Assembly: GCA_037381445.1 (NCBI GenBank)
Contig: JARRQT010000174.1
Span: forward strand, 1-11,816
Reading direction: 5' to 3'
Origin: Calditrichia bacterium
GTDB taxonomy: Bacteria > Calditrichota > Calditrichia > RBG-13-44-9
Length of the DNA: 11,816 nucleotides
Shown here in pieces: positions 1 to 8,253 of the stretch. The translations under genes and the position numbers were made by a program. Under the pieces are notes generated by a model. It was given only the letters and a program-made list of their open reading frames with translations, had not been told where the DNA came from and ran no database searches. How positions within the stretch are numbered: the stretch's first letter is position 1; the number at the start of each line of letters is the position of its first letter.

Positions 1-40
1 GTTACGATTAACTCTAATAAATGATGCACGACATCCCCCT

Positions 41-2452
41 TCACTCATACCGCAAAGCCTCCTCCGGATTAGTAGTAGCTGATTTTATGGTTTGCCAACT
101 GATGGTTAGAAATGTAATTCCTGCGGTAATCGCCAAGGGAATTAAAAACATCCAGATATTCAACGACATCCTGTTCGCGTAGCTTTCCAGCCAATTGCTT
201 AACCCGATTATCAATAATGGAAGCACAATCACGAATGATATCAGGAGCAGGGTGATCAGCTCTTTTACCAGCAATTGAAAGATTTGAAAAACACTTGCCC
301 CTACCGCTTTTCGAATGCCGATTTCCTTGGTGCGTTGCGTCGCATTGAAGGCCGAGAGTCCGAATATTCCCAATGCGGTGATGAAGAGCGCCAGGGCGGC
401 AAAAAGGCTGAAGACCTCTCCCAGCAGGAAATCTGACTGGTATTGCTGATTGAAATATTCATCCAGGAAAAAATAATTGAAAGGATTTCCGGGGAAAAAC
501 TCATCATAGTGTTGGTGAATTATCTTAATTGTCCGACTCAAATTCCGGCTGTTCAGTTTAATTGCAAACTGGCCACGGACGTCCCGGCCGGTTGGAAGCA
601 GGCGGTAGAGATGCGGCTCAAATGCAGCCTTTAACGATTGCTGGTGATAGTCTTTCACAACACCGACGATTGTAAATATTTCTTCCCAATAATCGACTTT
701 CTGGCCAATTGCCTCCTGGCTGCTGGTAAAACCCATCCATTTTGCCGCAGTTTCGTTCATCAGCAGACTTCTTGAGTCTGTTGAAAATTTCCTGGAGAAA
801 TTCCTTCCGGCTACCAACCTAATATCAAAAACATTTACAAAATCATAATCAATCCCAACAATTTGATAATTCTTGCCTTTCGAAATATCTTCTCCTGCCT
901 TATGAATGCCGCCTGCATCCCAGTATATTTGCCGACCCGGCACTTCGGTGACATGGCAGGCATTTATAATGTTGGGATTAGCCAATATGGTTTCCTTGAA
1001 AAGATTAAACTTCTCACCATAAGCATCATCTCTCACCCGGGGGGCCTGAACGACAAGCGTCTGTTCGATATTGAAACCGAGATCCTGGTTTTTCATGAAT
1101 GACAACTGCTCATACATCGTGATGGTGCCTGCAATCAGGCCTAGAGCCATAACAAACTGGAATATTACCAACACTTTTCGGAGGTTAATTCCGCTTGCCG
1201 AATTTTTTAGTATTCCCTTGAGCACAACCGCCGGTTTGAAAGAGGATAAAACGATTACAGGGTACAATCCCGAAAAGAAAATGCCTGCCAGGAAAATTAT
1301 TGAGACTGCTATCCAGAACCAGCCGTGGGTTATAAAGCCGTAGTCGGTTGGGATGCCGGCGACTTCACTGAACAGAGGAAGAAAAAGCTCTACTAATCCC
1401 GTGGCAATCATTAATGCTGCCGAGTTAAGCAGTATTGTTTCGAGAAAAAACTGTGACATTAACTGTCGGCGGGAAGCGCCAACCACTTTGCGAAGTCCAA
1501 CTTCCTTTGCGCGGTCCAGCGAGCGGGCGGTGGAAAGGTTCACGTAATTCACCCACGCCATAACCATAATAAACAGTGCGATGATGAATAAGAAGTTAAC
1601 GGTGTCCCGGCTTCCATTCACCTCGAATTCCTGCATAAAATGAGAATTCAGGTGAATATCAGTGAGCGGCTGCATTTTTAAATCGATGGTCATTTTATAT
1701 TCTTTCAGCCAGGGACATTCCGCTTCCGCCAGCTTCTTTAATTTGCCTTCAAATTCCTTTGGGTCGGTTCCCGTTTTTACCATAAGATAGGTGTATGAGC
1801 CGGTATGTCCCCAGGCTTCGGTATACTCGGGGCCGTAAAGGGATACCAGGTTTTCCCAGGGCAATAAAATATCGAATTTAAGGTGTGAGTTTTGCGGAAT
1901 ATCTTTAAAGATGCCGGTGATCAGGTAGTCTGTTTTTTTATCCACGCTTATGGTTTTTCCGATAGGATTTTCATGCCCGAAGTATTTTTGCGCTGTGGCT
2001 TGAGAAACAAAGGCAGTGTTTGGCTCCCGGAGACCGGTGAGGGGATTGCCTTGGACAAATTTGAATTTAAGAATGTCAAGGAAATCCGGTTCTGCAAAAT
2101 ACATTCTTTCTTCCATGAAATTCATTTGTTGGTAAGATACGGCTGCCCGGTACCTGACTATCCTTCCAATTTTTTTCACCTCCGGATACTTATCGCGGAT
2201 GCGGGCTGCAGCCGGCGGACAGCAGGACGCAAATCGCACTGATTGTCCCTGTCCATCGGTGCGCTCGTAGCGCAGGCGGTAGATTCGTTCGCTGTTTTTA
2301 TGAAATCGGTCGTAGCTTTTTTCGTAAAGTACATAGTGCAAGATGAGGACACAGGCGGCCATACCGATAGCCAGTCCAAGGATGTTAATAGTAGTGAAAA
2401 TCCTGGTCTTAACAAAGTTTCTGAGCGCAATTTTCAGATAATTTTTAAACAC
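41..2452 (-). CDS. ABC transporter permease, duplicated MacB-PCD/FtsX type (803 aa)
   Basis: The ORF 41..2485 is trimmed to the GTG at 2452 (VFKNYLKIALRNF), which matches the paralog N-termini. Motifs include NILGLAIGMAAC, LQPLTDIHL-like, NYVNLSTARSLDRAKEVGLRKVVGA, LVIFQF, GVVKDYH, RTKEIGIRKAVGAS and the C-terminal NPEEALRYE. Confidence 0.93.
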   Translation of the reverse strand: MFKNYLKIALRNFVKTRIFTTINILGLAIGMAACVLILHYVLYEKSYDRFHKNSERIYRLRYERTDGQGQSVRFASCCPPAAARIRDKYPEVKKIGRIVRYRAAVSYQQMNFMEERMYFAEPDFLDILKFKFVQGNPLTGLREPNTAFVSQATAQKYFGHENPIGKTISVDKKTDYLITGIFKDIPQNSHLKFDILLPWENLVSLYGPEYTEAWGHTGSYTYLMVKTGTDPKEFEGKLKKLAEAECPWLKEYKMTIDLKMQPLTDIHLNSHFMQEFEVNGSRDTVNFLFIIALFIMVMAWVNYVNLSTARSLDRAKEVGLRKVVGASRRQLMSQFFLETILLNSAALMIATGLVELFLPLFSEVAGIPTDYGFITHGWFWIAVSIIFLAGIFFSGLYPVIVLSSFKPAVVLKGILKNSASGINLRKVLVIFQFVMALGLIAGTITMYEQLSFMKNQDLGFNIEQTLVVQAPRVRDDAYGEKFNLFKETILANPNIINACHVTEVPGRQIYWDAGGIHKAGEDISKGKNYQIVGIDYDFVNVFDIRLVAGRNFSRKFSTDSRSLLMNETAAKWMGFTSSQEAIGQKVDYWEEIFTIVGVVKDYHQQSLKAAFEPHLYRLLPTGRDVRGQFAIKLNSRNLSRTIKIIHQHYDEFFPGNPFNYFFLDEYFNQQYQSDFLLGEVFSLFAALALFITALGIFGLSAFNATQRTKEIGIRKAVGASVFQIFQLLVKELITLLLISFVIVLPLLIIGLSNWLESYANRMSLNIWMFLIPLAITAGITFLTISWQTIKSATTNPEEALRYE

Positions 2453-2463
2453 GATTTTTTCCA

Positions 2464-2491
2464 ATGACCAATAATGAATTACCAATTATCA
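2464..2491. repeat. Tandem heptamer arm, cassette C (3' arm on the mRNA): atgacca ataatga attacca attatca
   Basis: Four degenerate 7-mers read directly from the sequence; they are the reverse complement of the TGATCAT arm at 2891-2918. Confidence 0.8.
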
Positions 2492-2508
2492 TTTTCTGCA
2501 GCCTTAGT

Positions 2509-2850
2509 TCAGACTGTTTTGAGGATTGAGAATGAAATTTTCCAATTTTCCGTCTCCGCCAAGATGCCCTCATAAGTGTTCTTATTGATAGAATCTGTAT
2601 CATGGAGTAAAGAAATACCATATTTTGTTTCAAGGCATTCTTTATGTGCAATCGAAATCTTATTTGAGGAATCGGCTTTTGAAATTGCACCATTAACCTT
2701 GGAAATATTGGCCCCGATAGAAGTGCCGCTTCGAAGATGTTGTTTTGAAAGCACGAATTTCCTTTTTTCTTTTGTAAGGTATTGAAAGGCTTTCACTATT
2801 CCAATTGTGAGGTCATAGCCTTTCTGATAAACAACATTTGCCTTCTTCAT
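2509..2850 (-). CDS. Four helix bundle protein (TIGR02436/PF05635 family), 113 aa, possibly degenerating
   Basis: The motif FVLSKQxLRSGTSIGANI...K.SIA.KE..ET.Y..LL is typical of this family. Several usually conserved residues are substituted and there is no clear Shine-Dalgarno sequence. Confidence 0.85.
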   Translation of the reverse strand: MKKANVVYQKGYDLTIGIVKAFQYLTKEKRKFVLSKQHLRSGTSIGANISKVNGAISKADSSNKISIAHKECLETKYGISLLHDTDSINKNTYEGILAETENWKISFSILKTV

Positions 2851-2890
2851 TATGTTTCAACGTTATTATAAGATGGCTATCACCGGAATC

Positions 2891-2918
2891 TGATCATTGA
2901 TCACTGATAATTGTTCAT
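2891..2918. repeat. Tandem heptamer arm, cassette C (5' arm on the mRNA): tgatcat tgatcac tgataat tgttcat
   Basis: Four near-identical 7-mers; on the minus strand the arm begins 4 nt after the permease stop codon at 2923. Confidence 0.9.
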
Positions 2919-2922
2919 TTTC

Positions 2923-5236
2923 TTATTCGTACCGCAATGCCTCAACCGGATTGGTGAGCGAGGCTTTTATGGTTTGGTAGCTCACTGTGAACAGGGCGAT
3001 CAGCAAAGCAAGCATCGCAGCAAAGAAAAAAGTCAGGAAACTGATATTGATACGGTAAGCGAAATTATCCAGCCAGTCTTTCATGATCAGGTAAGCAACC
3101 GGCCAGGCAATGATGTTTGCCAGCACCACCCAGCGGGTGAATTCTTTGGAAAGCAGCAAGACGACATTCGATACAGAAGCGCCAAGCGTTTTCCGAATGC
3201 CAATCTCCTTGGTGCGCTGCTCGGTGACGAAAGATGCCAGTCCAAAAAGTCCCAGGCAGGCGATGAAAATGGCCAGCACCGCAAAGATGGACAGAATACG
3301 GGACGTCCGCTGCTCGGACTCATAAATTTTGGCAAAATCCTGGTCGAAGAACACATATTCGAACGCCTGGGCGCCGGCGAATTTATGCCAGGTTTTTTCC
3401 AGAAAGGCGAGGGTTTGTTTGATATCTCCCGGGGCAATGCGCACCGAGGTATAACGCCCGAAACCGTTGCGGCCGAACATTTTTATCACCAGCGGCCGTA
3501 TTTTCTGGTGCAGAGATTCAAAATTGAAATCCCGGGTCACTCCGATAATTTTATAGGTAATGGAGCGGTCTGCCGTAGCACCGATCTGAACGAGTTCTTT
3601 GCCTACCGGATTATCCAGTCCCAACACCTTGACAGCCGTCTGGTTGAGCACTACCGCCATGGAATCGGTCTTTCTCTCCGGAGAGAAAAATCGTCCTTCC
3701 GCCATTTTAATCTGGTAGGTCTGAGCAAAGTTGTAATCGCTGAACAAGGTCCATAGCAGGTGAGTCTCCTCGCCGGAAGTTCCGGCTACCTTATGAACGT
3801 TGCTGCCGAAATTCTTTCCAGGCAGGGTTTGAGAGTTGCTGACACCGATAACATTGGGATTCTGCATCAATTCATGTTTGAACGGTTCAATCTGGGCCCC
3901 GATATCATCGGTTTTCTCAATGACCACCACCTGGTCTTTGTTAAAACCCAGGTTTTTATTCTGAATATATTGCATCTGGTTGTAAACAATAAAAGTGCCG
4001 ATAATAAGAATAACCGAGATGGTGAACTGGAAAATCACTGCCTACCAGGACAGCCAGCCCAATGAGCGCGGGGAGAACATATATATTTGTAAAATAATGG
4101 ATTGTCACCTGTTTGTCCGCTATCTGGTTGAAGGCGGGAAGCAGCAGTTCCACGAAAATGAGGGCGAAGAAGACCGCGATAAAACTCATGAATATGGTCT
4201 CGGCCAGGAACTGCCGGACGAGCTGGGCGCGGTTTGAGCCCAAAGTTTTGCGGATTCCCACTTCCCTGGCGCGGTTGGCGGACCGGGCAGTGGCCAGATT
4301 CATAAAGTTGATGCAGGCAATCAGCAGAATTCCCAGGGCGATAACGGAAAATATTATGACATAGGTGGCATTTCCGTTTGGTTCGATCTCGAAATCCAAG
4401 TGGGAGCGCAGATGTATATCCGTGAGGGGTTGCAGGAAAAACCGGTATTGATTACCGCTGGCAATCATCTGATCCAAGGAAACGCCCAGGATCTGCTGCA
4501 CCTGGGGGCCCACATATTTTCTTACCATTTGGGGGAACTTCTCTTCAAGCTGTTCCGGGGGAAAGTCTTTTTGCAGCAGAATATAGGTATAGTAGCCATT
4601 ATTCAGCCATTGATCGCTGCGGCTATTCTCATAGGTAGAAAGTGAAGCCAGGAAATCAAAATGAAAATGGGAATTATGAGGTACATTCTTTACCACACCA
4701 GTAACCTGGTAATCCCGCCGGTTATCGGAATTGAGCACTTTCCCCATGGGGTCCTCATCCCCGAAATATTTTCGTGCCATGGATTGTGTGATAACAATAG
4801 TGTTTGGTTGGGTGAGAGCGGTTTTGGGATCTCCCTCCAGAAAAGGAATGGTAAATACATCAAATATATTGGAATCGGCGGAGAAAAATCTCTCTTCACT
4901 GAACACCCGATCCTTGTATCGCAGGACAGGAAAACCAAGATTAACAAAGCGGGTTGCCGCGATAACCTCCGGGTAGTCGTTGACAAGCGCCTTGGCCATA
5001 GGCGCGGAGGTGACGGCCTGGTTGAATTCATTGGTTCCCACAATGCCATGTATGCAAACCCGATAAATCTGATCAGCCTTTTCATTGTAGCGGTCATAGC
5101 TTAGTTCATCCGTAACATAGAGTAAAATCAGCAGGCAGGTGGCAATGCCGATGGCCAGTCCTGTGATATTAATAAACGAATAGCCCTTATGGCGGATAAG
5201 ATTTCGGAATGCAATTTTCAGATAATTCTTAAACAT
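2923..5236 (-). pseudogene. ABC transporter permease (duplicated MacB/FtsX type), split by a deletion/frameshift at ~4039
   Basis: It starts at ATG 5236 (MFKNYLKIAFRNL) with GGAG upstream. The frame runs to ...LAVLVG and then goes out of register to a stop at 3956. The C-terminal half (VIFQFTISVIL...NPVEALRYE) is in another frame, 2923..4038. The span of 2314 nt is not a multiple of 3, and the conserved LAGSYPA...LKG...RNVL segment is missing. Confidence 0.85.
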
Positions 5237-5249
5237 AATTTTCTCCGGC

Positions 5250-5284
5250 GTGAGCGCAAAGTGCATAGTGCATGGCGCACGGTT
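5250..5284. repeat. Tandem heptamer arm, cassette B (3' arm on the mRNA): gtgagcg caaagtg catagtg catggcg (cacggtt)
   Basis: A 7-nt periodicity with consensus CANAGYG, the approximate reverse complement of the CGCTNTG units at 5673-5700. Confidence 0.75.
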
Positions 5285-5287
5285 TGT

Positions 5288-5647
5288 TTAATCTCTGAGT
5301 GTTTTTCTAAAATTTGTAATTTTTCTGCATAAGTGATCTAATTTTTCAAGCAAAATATTCAAGTGATTTGCAGCAATTAAATTTATCCGATTAAGGATGA
5401 TTAAAATATTGGCATTTTCAAAAGTCGATTTTCGGGCAATATCCAAAAACTTTGAAAATTCTTTCTTTGAACTGGAACCAGATCCTTCCGCAATATTATT
5501 TGAAATACTCATGCCTGCACCGCGCAATTGTTCGGCAAAACGAAAAAGGTGCTTCTGCTCCAACTGATCGGCGATGTTAAAAAGTTCATCAGCGATTTCC
5601 ATAGCCATATTCCAAATTTCCAAATCCTGGAATCTGAATTTCACCAT
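5288..5647 (-). CDS. Four helix bundle protein (23S rRNA IVP-like, PF05635/TIGR02436), 119 aa
   Basis: Start at ATG 5647 with GGGAG upstream. Motifs: FRFQDLEIW, EQLRGAGMSISNNIAEGSG, EFSKFLDIARKS. Confidence 0.92.
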   Translation of the reverse strand: MVKFRFQDLEIWNMAMEIADELFNIADQLEQKHLFRFAEQLRGAGMSISNNIAEGSGSSSKKEFSKFLDIARKSTFENANILIILNRINLIAANHLNILLEKLDHLCRKITNFRKTLRD

Positions 5648-5672
5648 TTTTTCAATCTCCCGATGTTTTATT

Positions 5673-5700
5673 CGCTGTGCGCTTCCCGCTCTGCGCATTG
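5673..5700. repeat. Tandem heptamer arm, cassette B (5' arm on the mRNA): cgctgtg cgcttcc cgctctg cgcattg
   Basis: Four 7-mers each beginning with CGC; on the minus strand the arm begins 9 nt after the permease stop at 5710. Confidence 0.8.
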
Positions 5701-5709
5701 CCGCATGAA

Positions 5710-8166
5710 TTATTCATACCTCAGACTTTCCACCGGATTGGCTATGGCAGCCCGTATTGACTGATAGCTGACCGTTAATACGGCAATTGCCAGCGAAAGG
5801 ATACCGGAAAAAATAAAAATCCATATGGTCGGGTTTATACGATAGGCAAAATTCTGCAGCCACTGATTCATAAAATACCAGGCGGCTGGCCAGGCGATGA
5901 TATTTGCAACCAGCACCCAGCGGGTAAATTCTTTGGTCAGCAGAAGGACTATTTTGCTGACCGGTGCGCCCATCGCCTTGCGGATGCCGATTTCTTTGGT
6001 GCGTTTCTCGGTAGTAAAGGAAGCCAGTCCGAATAATCCCAGGCAGGCGATAAAGATGGCCAGCACCGAAAAGACAGTAAAGAGTTTTGCGGTAGTCTGT
6101 TCCGCTTTGTAAAGCAGGTCATAATCCTGATCGAAGAAAAAATATTCGAATGGTTTATAGGGGATATACTTGTCCCAGGTCTTCTTGATATAATCCACCG
6201 TTTCCGGTACCCGTTGCGGATGAATACGGACCGAAATATAGGTCCGGTCCAGATTCTGAAAGCCAAGCAGCAGCGGTTCAATTTTTTTATGCAATGAGGC
6301 ATAGTGAAAATCATTTACCACCCCAATAATATGCAGCATAAACCGGTCGTTTCCCGGGAATCCGATGCGCTTGCCCAGGTATGGTTTTTCGAATCCCAGA
6401 ATCCGGGCGGCCGTTTCATTGACCACCACGCCCATGCTGTCAGAGGCCATTTCGCGGGAATAGAACCGCCCTTCCTGAAATTCCAATTTATAGGTGTCCG
6501 CAAAATCAAAATCGGCCATGAAAAAATTCATGGGATGCTGTTCATCGGGAGAAGCGCCTTCGGCCAGGAAATTTGTGCTTTGCACATCTTTCCCCGGCAG
6601 GCTGGTGCTGCCCGCCACAGAAATTATCTGCGGATTTTGAAGCAGATCATGCTTGAAGGCATCAATCACGGTATTATTGGGTGATCTGCTGATCGGGGTG
6701 CCGTCTGGATTCTGGCCGATGGCCCAGCCACGTTTGATCACCACGATATTTTCTTTGTCGAATCCCAGGCGTTTTTCCTGAATATATTTTAACTGGCTGG
6801 AAACAATAAATGTGCAGACAAACAGCACAATGGAAATGGTGAATTGGATCACTACCAGAACATTTCTGAAAGCAACGCCCTGCTTTCCCTTGCTGAGGAT
6901 TCCCTTCAATACCGAAACAGGTTTAAAGGATGACAGGAAAAATGCGGGATAACTGCCGGCCAGGATTCCCACGATGAGTGAAATGACAAGAATCCCGGGA
7001 ATGATATACCAGTGGTTGAGGAAGCCACCTTGCAGATGCTTTCCCGCCAGGGTGTTGAAATAGGGAAGAACCAATTGCACGATGGCGACTGCAAAGATCA
7101 CCGCGATCAGTGTCATAATGATAGATTCAGCCAGGAATTGCTGGATAAGCTGTCTCCTGCGGGAACCCAGCACTTTTCTGATGCCTACCTCTTTTCCGCG
7201 CCCCGCAGAGCGGGAGGTGGAAAGGTTCATGAAATTGATGCAGGCGATAACCAAAATAAAAAATGCGATGAGCGAGAATATATAAATATAGGCGATGTCG
7301 CTGTTCGGCTCCAGTTCATTACTCAGGTGTGAATGCAGGTGGATGCCGGTCAGCGGCTGCAGGTAATACTCCAGTTTGCTGCCTGAGGCCTTGAATTCTT
7401 CCATGGACATTCCCATGCCGCGCTGAATGTGGGGCGCAACATATTTGCGGATGAAGTCCGGAAATTTTGCCTCCAACTGCTGCGGATCACTGTTTTCCCG
7501 GAGCATCACATAGGTATACATGAAATTATGCAGCCAGAATTCCTCCCAGTTCCATTCCCAGGATGAGAGGGGAGAGAGCATCCCGTAATGAAAGTGCGAA
7601 TTTTCCGGGGCATTCTTTGCAATGCCGGTCACCCGGTAGGGCGTCCCGTCTTCGTAGGTCACAATTTTGCCAATCGCTTCGGAGAGATTGTCAAAATATT
7701 TGGAGGCGGTTTCTTCAGTCATGACTACAGTATGGTCGTCCTTCAGGGCGGTCCGCGGATCGCCATAGAGCAGGGGAATGGAAAACACGTCAAAAAAGTT
7801 GGAATCGACCCACATGAAATGGGTTTCGTTAAAGACCCTGTCACCGTATCTCACCAGCATATTCGGGGTATGCTGCAGACGGGTGGCATGCTCTACCTCG
7901 GGATACTCCTCGGCAAGGGTGCGCGCCATCAGGGAGGAGGTCTGCGGGATGTTCAGCTCCTGATTCCCAACCACGCCCCTGACTGCCACCCTGTAGATGC
8001 GGTCGTGATTATTATAATGCCTGTCATAACTCAGCTCATCCAGCACAAACAGCAGAATCAGGAAACAGCAGGCCAGACCAATCGCCAGCCCGGCGATATT
8101 AATAAAGGTATATCCTTTTTGCCGAAGCAAATTCCGAAACGTGATTTTGAGAAAATTTTGAAACAT
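5710..8166 (-). CDS. ABC transporter permease, duplicated MacB-PCD/FtsX type (818 aa)
   Basis: Start at ATG 8166 (MFQNFLKITFRNL) with SD GAGGAG at 8173-8178. Motifs: INFMNLSTSRSAGRGKEVGIRKVLG, LAGSYPAFFLSSFKPVSVLKG, RTKEIGIRKAMGA, NPVESLRYE. Confidence 0.95.
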   Translation of the reverse strand: MFQNFLKITFRNLLRQKGYTFINIAGLAIGLACCFLILLFVLDELSYDRHYNNHDRIYRVAVRGVVGNQELNIPQTSSLMARTLAEEYPEVEHATRLQHTPNMLVRYGDRVFNETHFMWVDSNFFDVFSIPLLYGDPRTALKDDHTVVMTEETASKYFDNLSEAIGKIVTYEDGTPYRVTGIAKNAPENSHFHYGMLSPLSSWEWNWEEFWLHNFMYTYVMLRENSDPQQLEAKFPDFIRKYVAPHIQRGMGMSMEEFKASGSKLEYYLQPLTGIHLHSHLSNELEPNSDIAYIYIFSLIAFFILVIACINFMNLSTSRSAGRGKEVGIRKVLGSRRRQLIQQFLAESIIMTLIAVIFAVAIVQLVLPYFNTLAGKHLQGGFLNHWYIIPGILVISLIVGILAGSYPAFFLSSFKPVSVLKGILSKGKQGVAFRNVLVVIQFTISIVLFVCTFIVSSQLKYIQEKRLGFDKENIVVIKRGWAIGQNPDGTPISRSPNNTVIDAFKHDLLQNPQIISVAGSTSLPGKDVQSTNFLAEGASPDEQHPMNFFMADFDFADTYKLEFQEGRFYSREMASDSMGVVVNETAARILGFEKPYLGKRIGFPGNDRFMLHIIGVVNDFHYASLHKKIEPLLLGFQNLDRTYISVRIHPQRVPETVDYIKKTWDKYIPYKPFEYFFFDQDYDLLYKAEQTTAKLFTVFSVLAIFIACLGLFGLASFTTEKRTKEIGIRKAMGAPVSKIVLLLTKEFTRWVLVANIIAWPAAWYFMNQWLQNFAYRINPTIWIFIFSGILSLAIAVLTVSYQSIRAAIANPVESLRYE

Positions 8167-8172
8167 AGTTTT

Positions 8173-8178
8173 CTCCTC
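8173..8178 (-). promoter_or_regulatory. Shine-Dalgarno GAGGAG of the permease starting at 8166
   Basis: GAGGAG lies 6 nt upstream of the ATG. Confidence 0.75.
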
Positions 8179-8213
8179 ATCAGGAAAGCCGGGTGCAGAA
8201 CGCGAAATGTTAG

Positions 8214-8244
8214 CGGAGACCGGAGACAGAAGACCGGAGACCGG
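8214..8244. repeat. Tandem heptamer arm, cassette A (3' arm on the mRNA): cggagac cggagac agaagac cggagac cgg
   Basis: Three exact CGGAGAC units plus one variant; the unit is the exact reverse complement of GTCTCCG at 8656-8662. Confidence 0.93.
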
Positions 8245-8253
8245 CATTTGCGT

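Noticed and set aside
1..40. Possible start of a next gene: AGGGGG followed by GTG at 29 on the minus strand (VHHLLELIV...)
   Set aside because: Only 9 codons are visible, too few to support or identify a gene. No heptamer arm is seen at this junction.
2453..2485. N-terminal extensions in the ORF track (MVIHYWSLEKI here; also MHFALTPEKI, MRRAGSAQR..., MPVSGLLSPVS..., MQYLCIARR...)
   Set aside because: They are read-through of repeat arms or spacers. Paralog alignment and SD positions support the later starts.
2552..2558. A single GTCTCCG, the cassette A heptamer, inside gene C
   Set aside because: One isolated 7-mer in coding sequence is expected by chance.
2911..3756. Long plus-strand ORFs (281 aa here; also 7588-8283, 9003-9860 and 10479-11057)
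   Set aside because: They are antisense shadows of the permease genes with no recognisable domains.
4039..4039. Programmed frameshift or phase variation as the cause of the split permease
   Set aside because: There is no slippery run or simple repeat at the junction, and a conserved ~37-codon segment is physically absent.
5288..5647. A 23S rRNA gene or a complete diversity-generating retroelement implied by the protein family name
   Set aside because: No rRNA sequence, reverse transcriptase or adenine-mismatched TR/VR repeat pair is seen in the window.
8214..8244. Heptamer arrays as a CRISPR array, IS terminal inverted repeats or rho-independent terminators
   Set aside because: There are no spacers or cas genes, no transposase or target duplication, and no local hairpin followed by a U-tract. 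The partner arm lies about 400 nt away.
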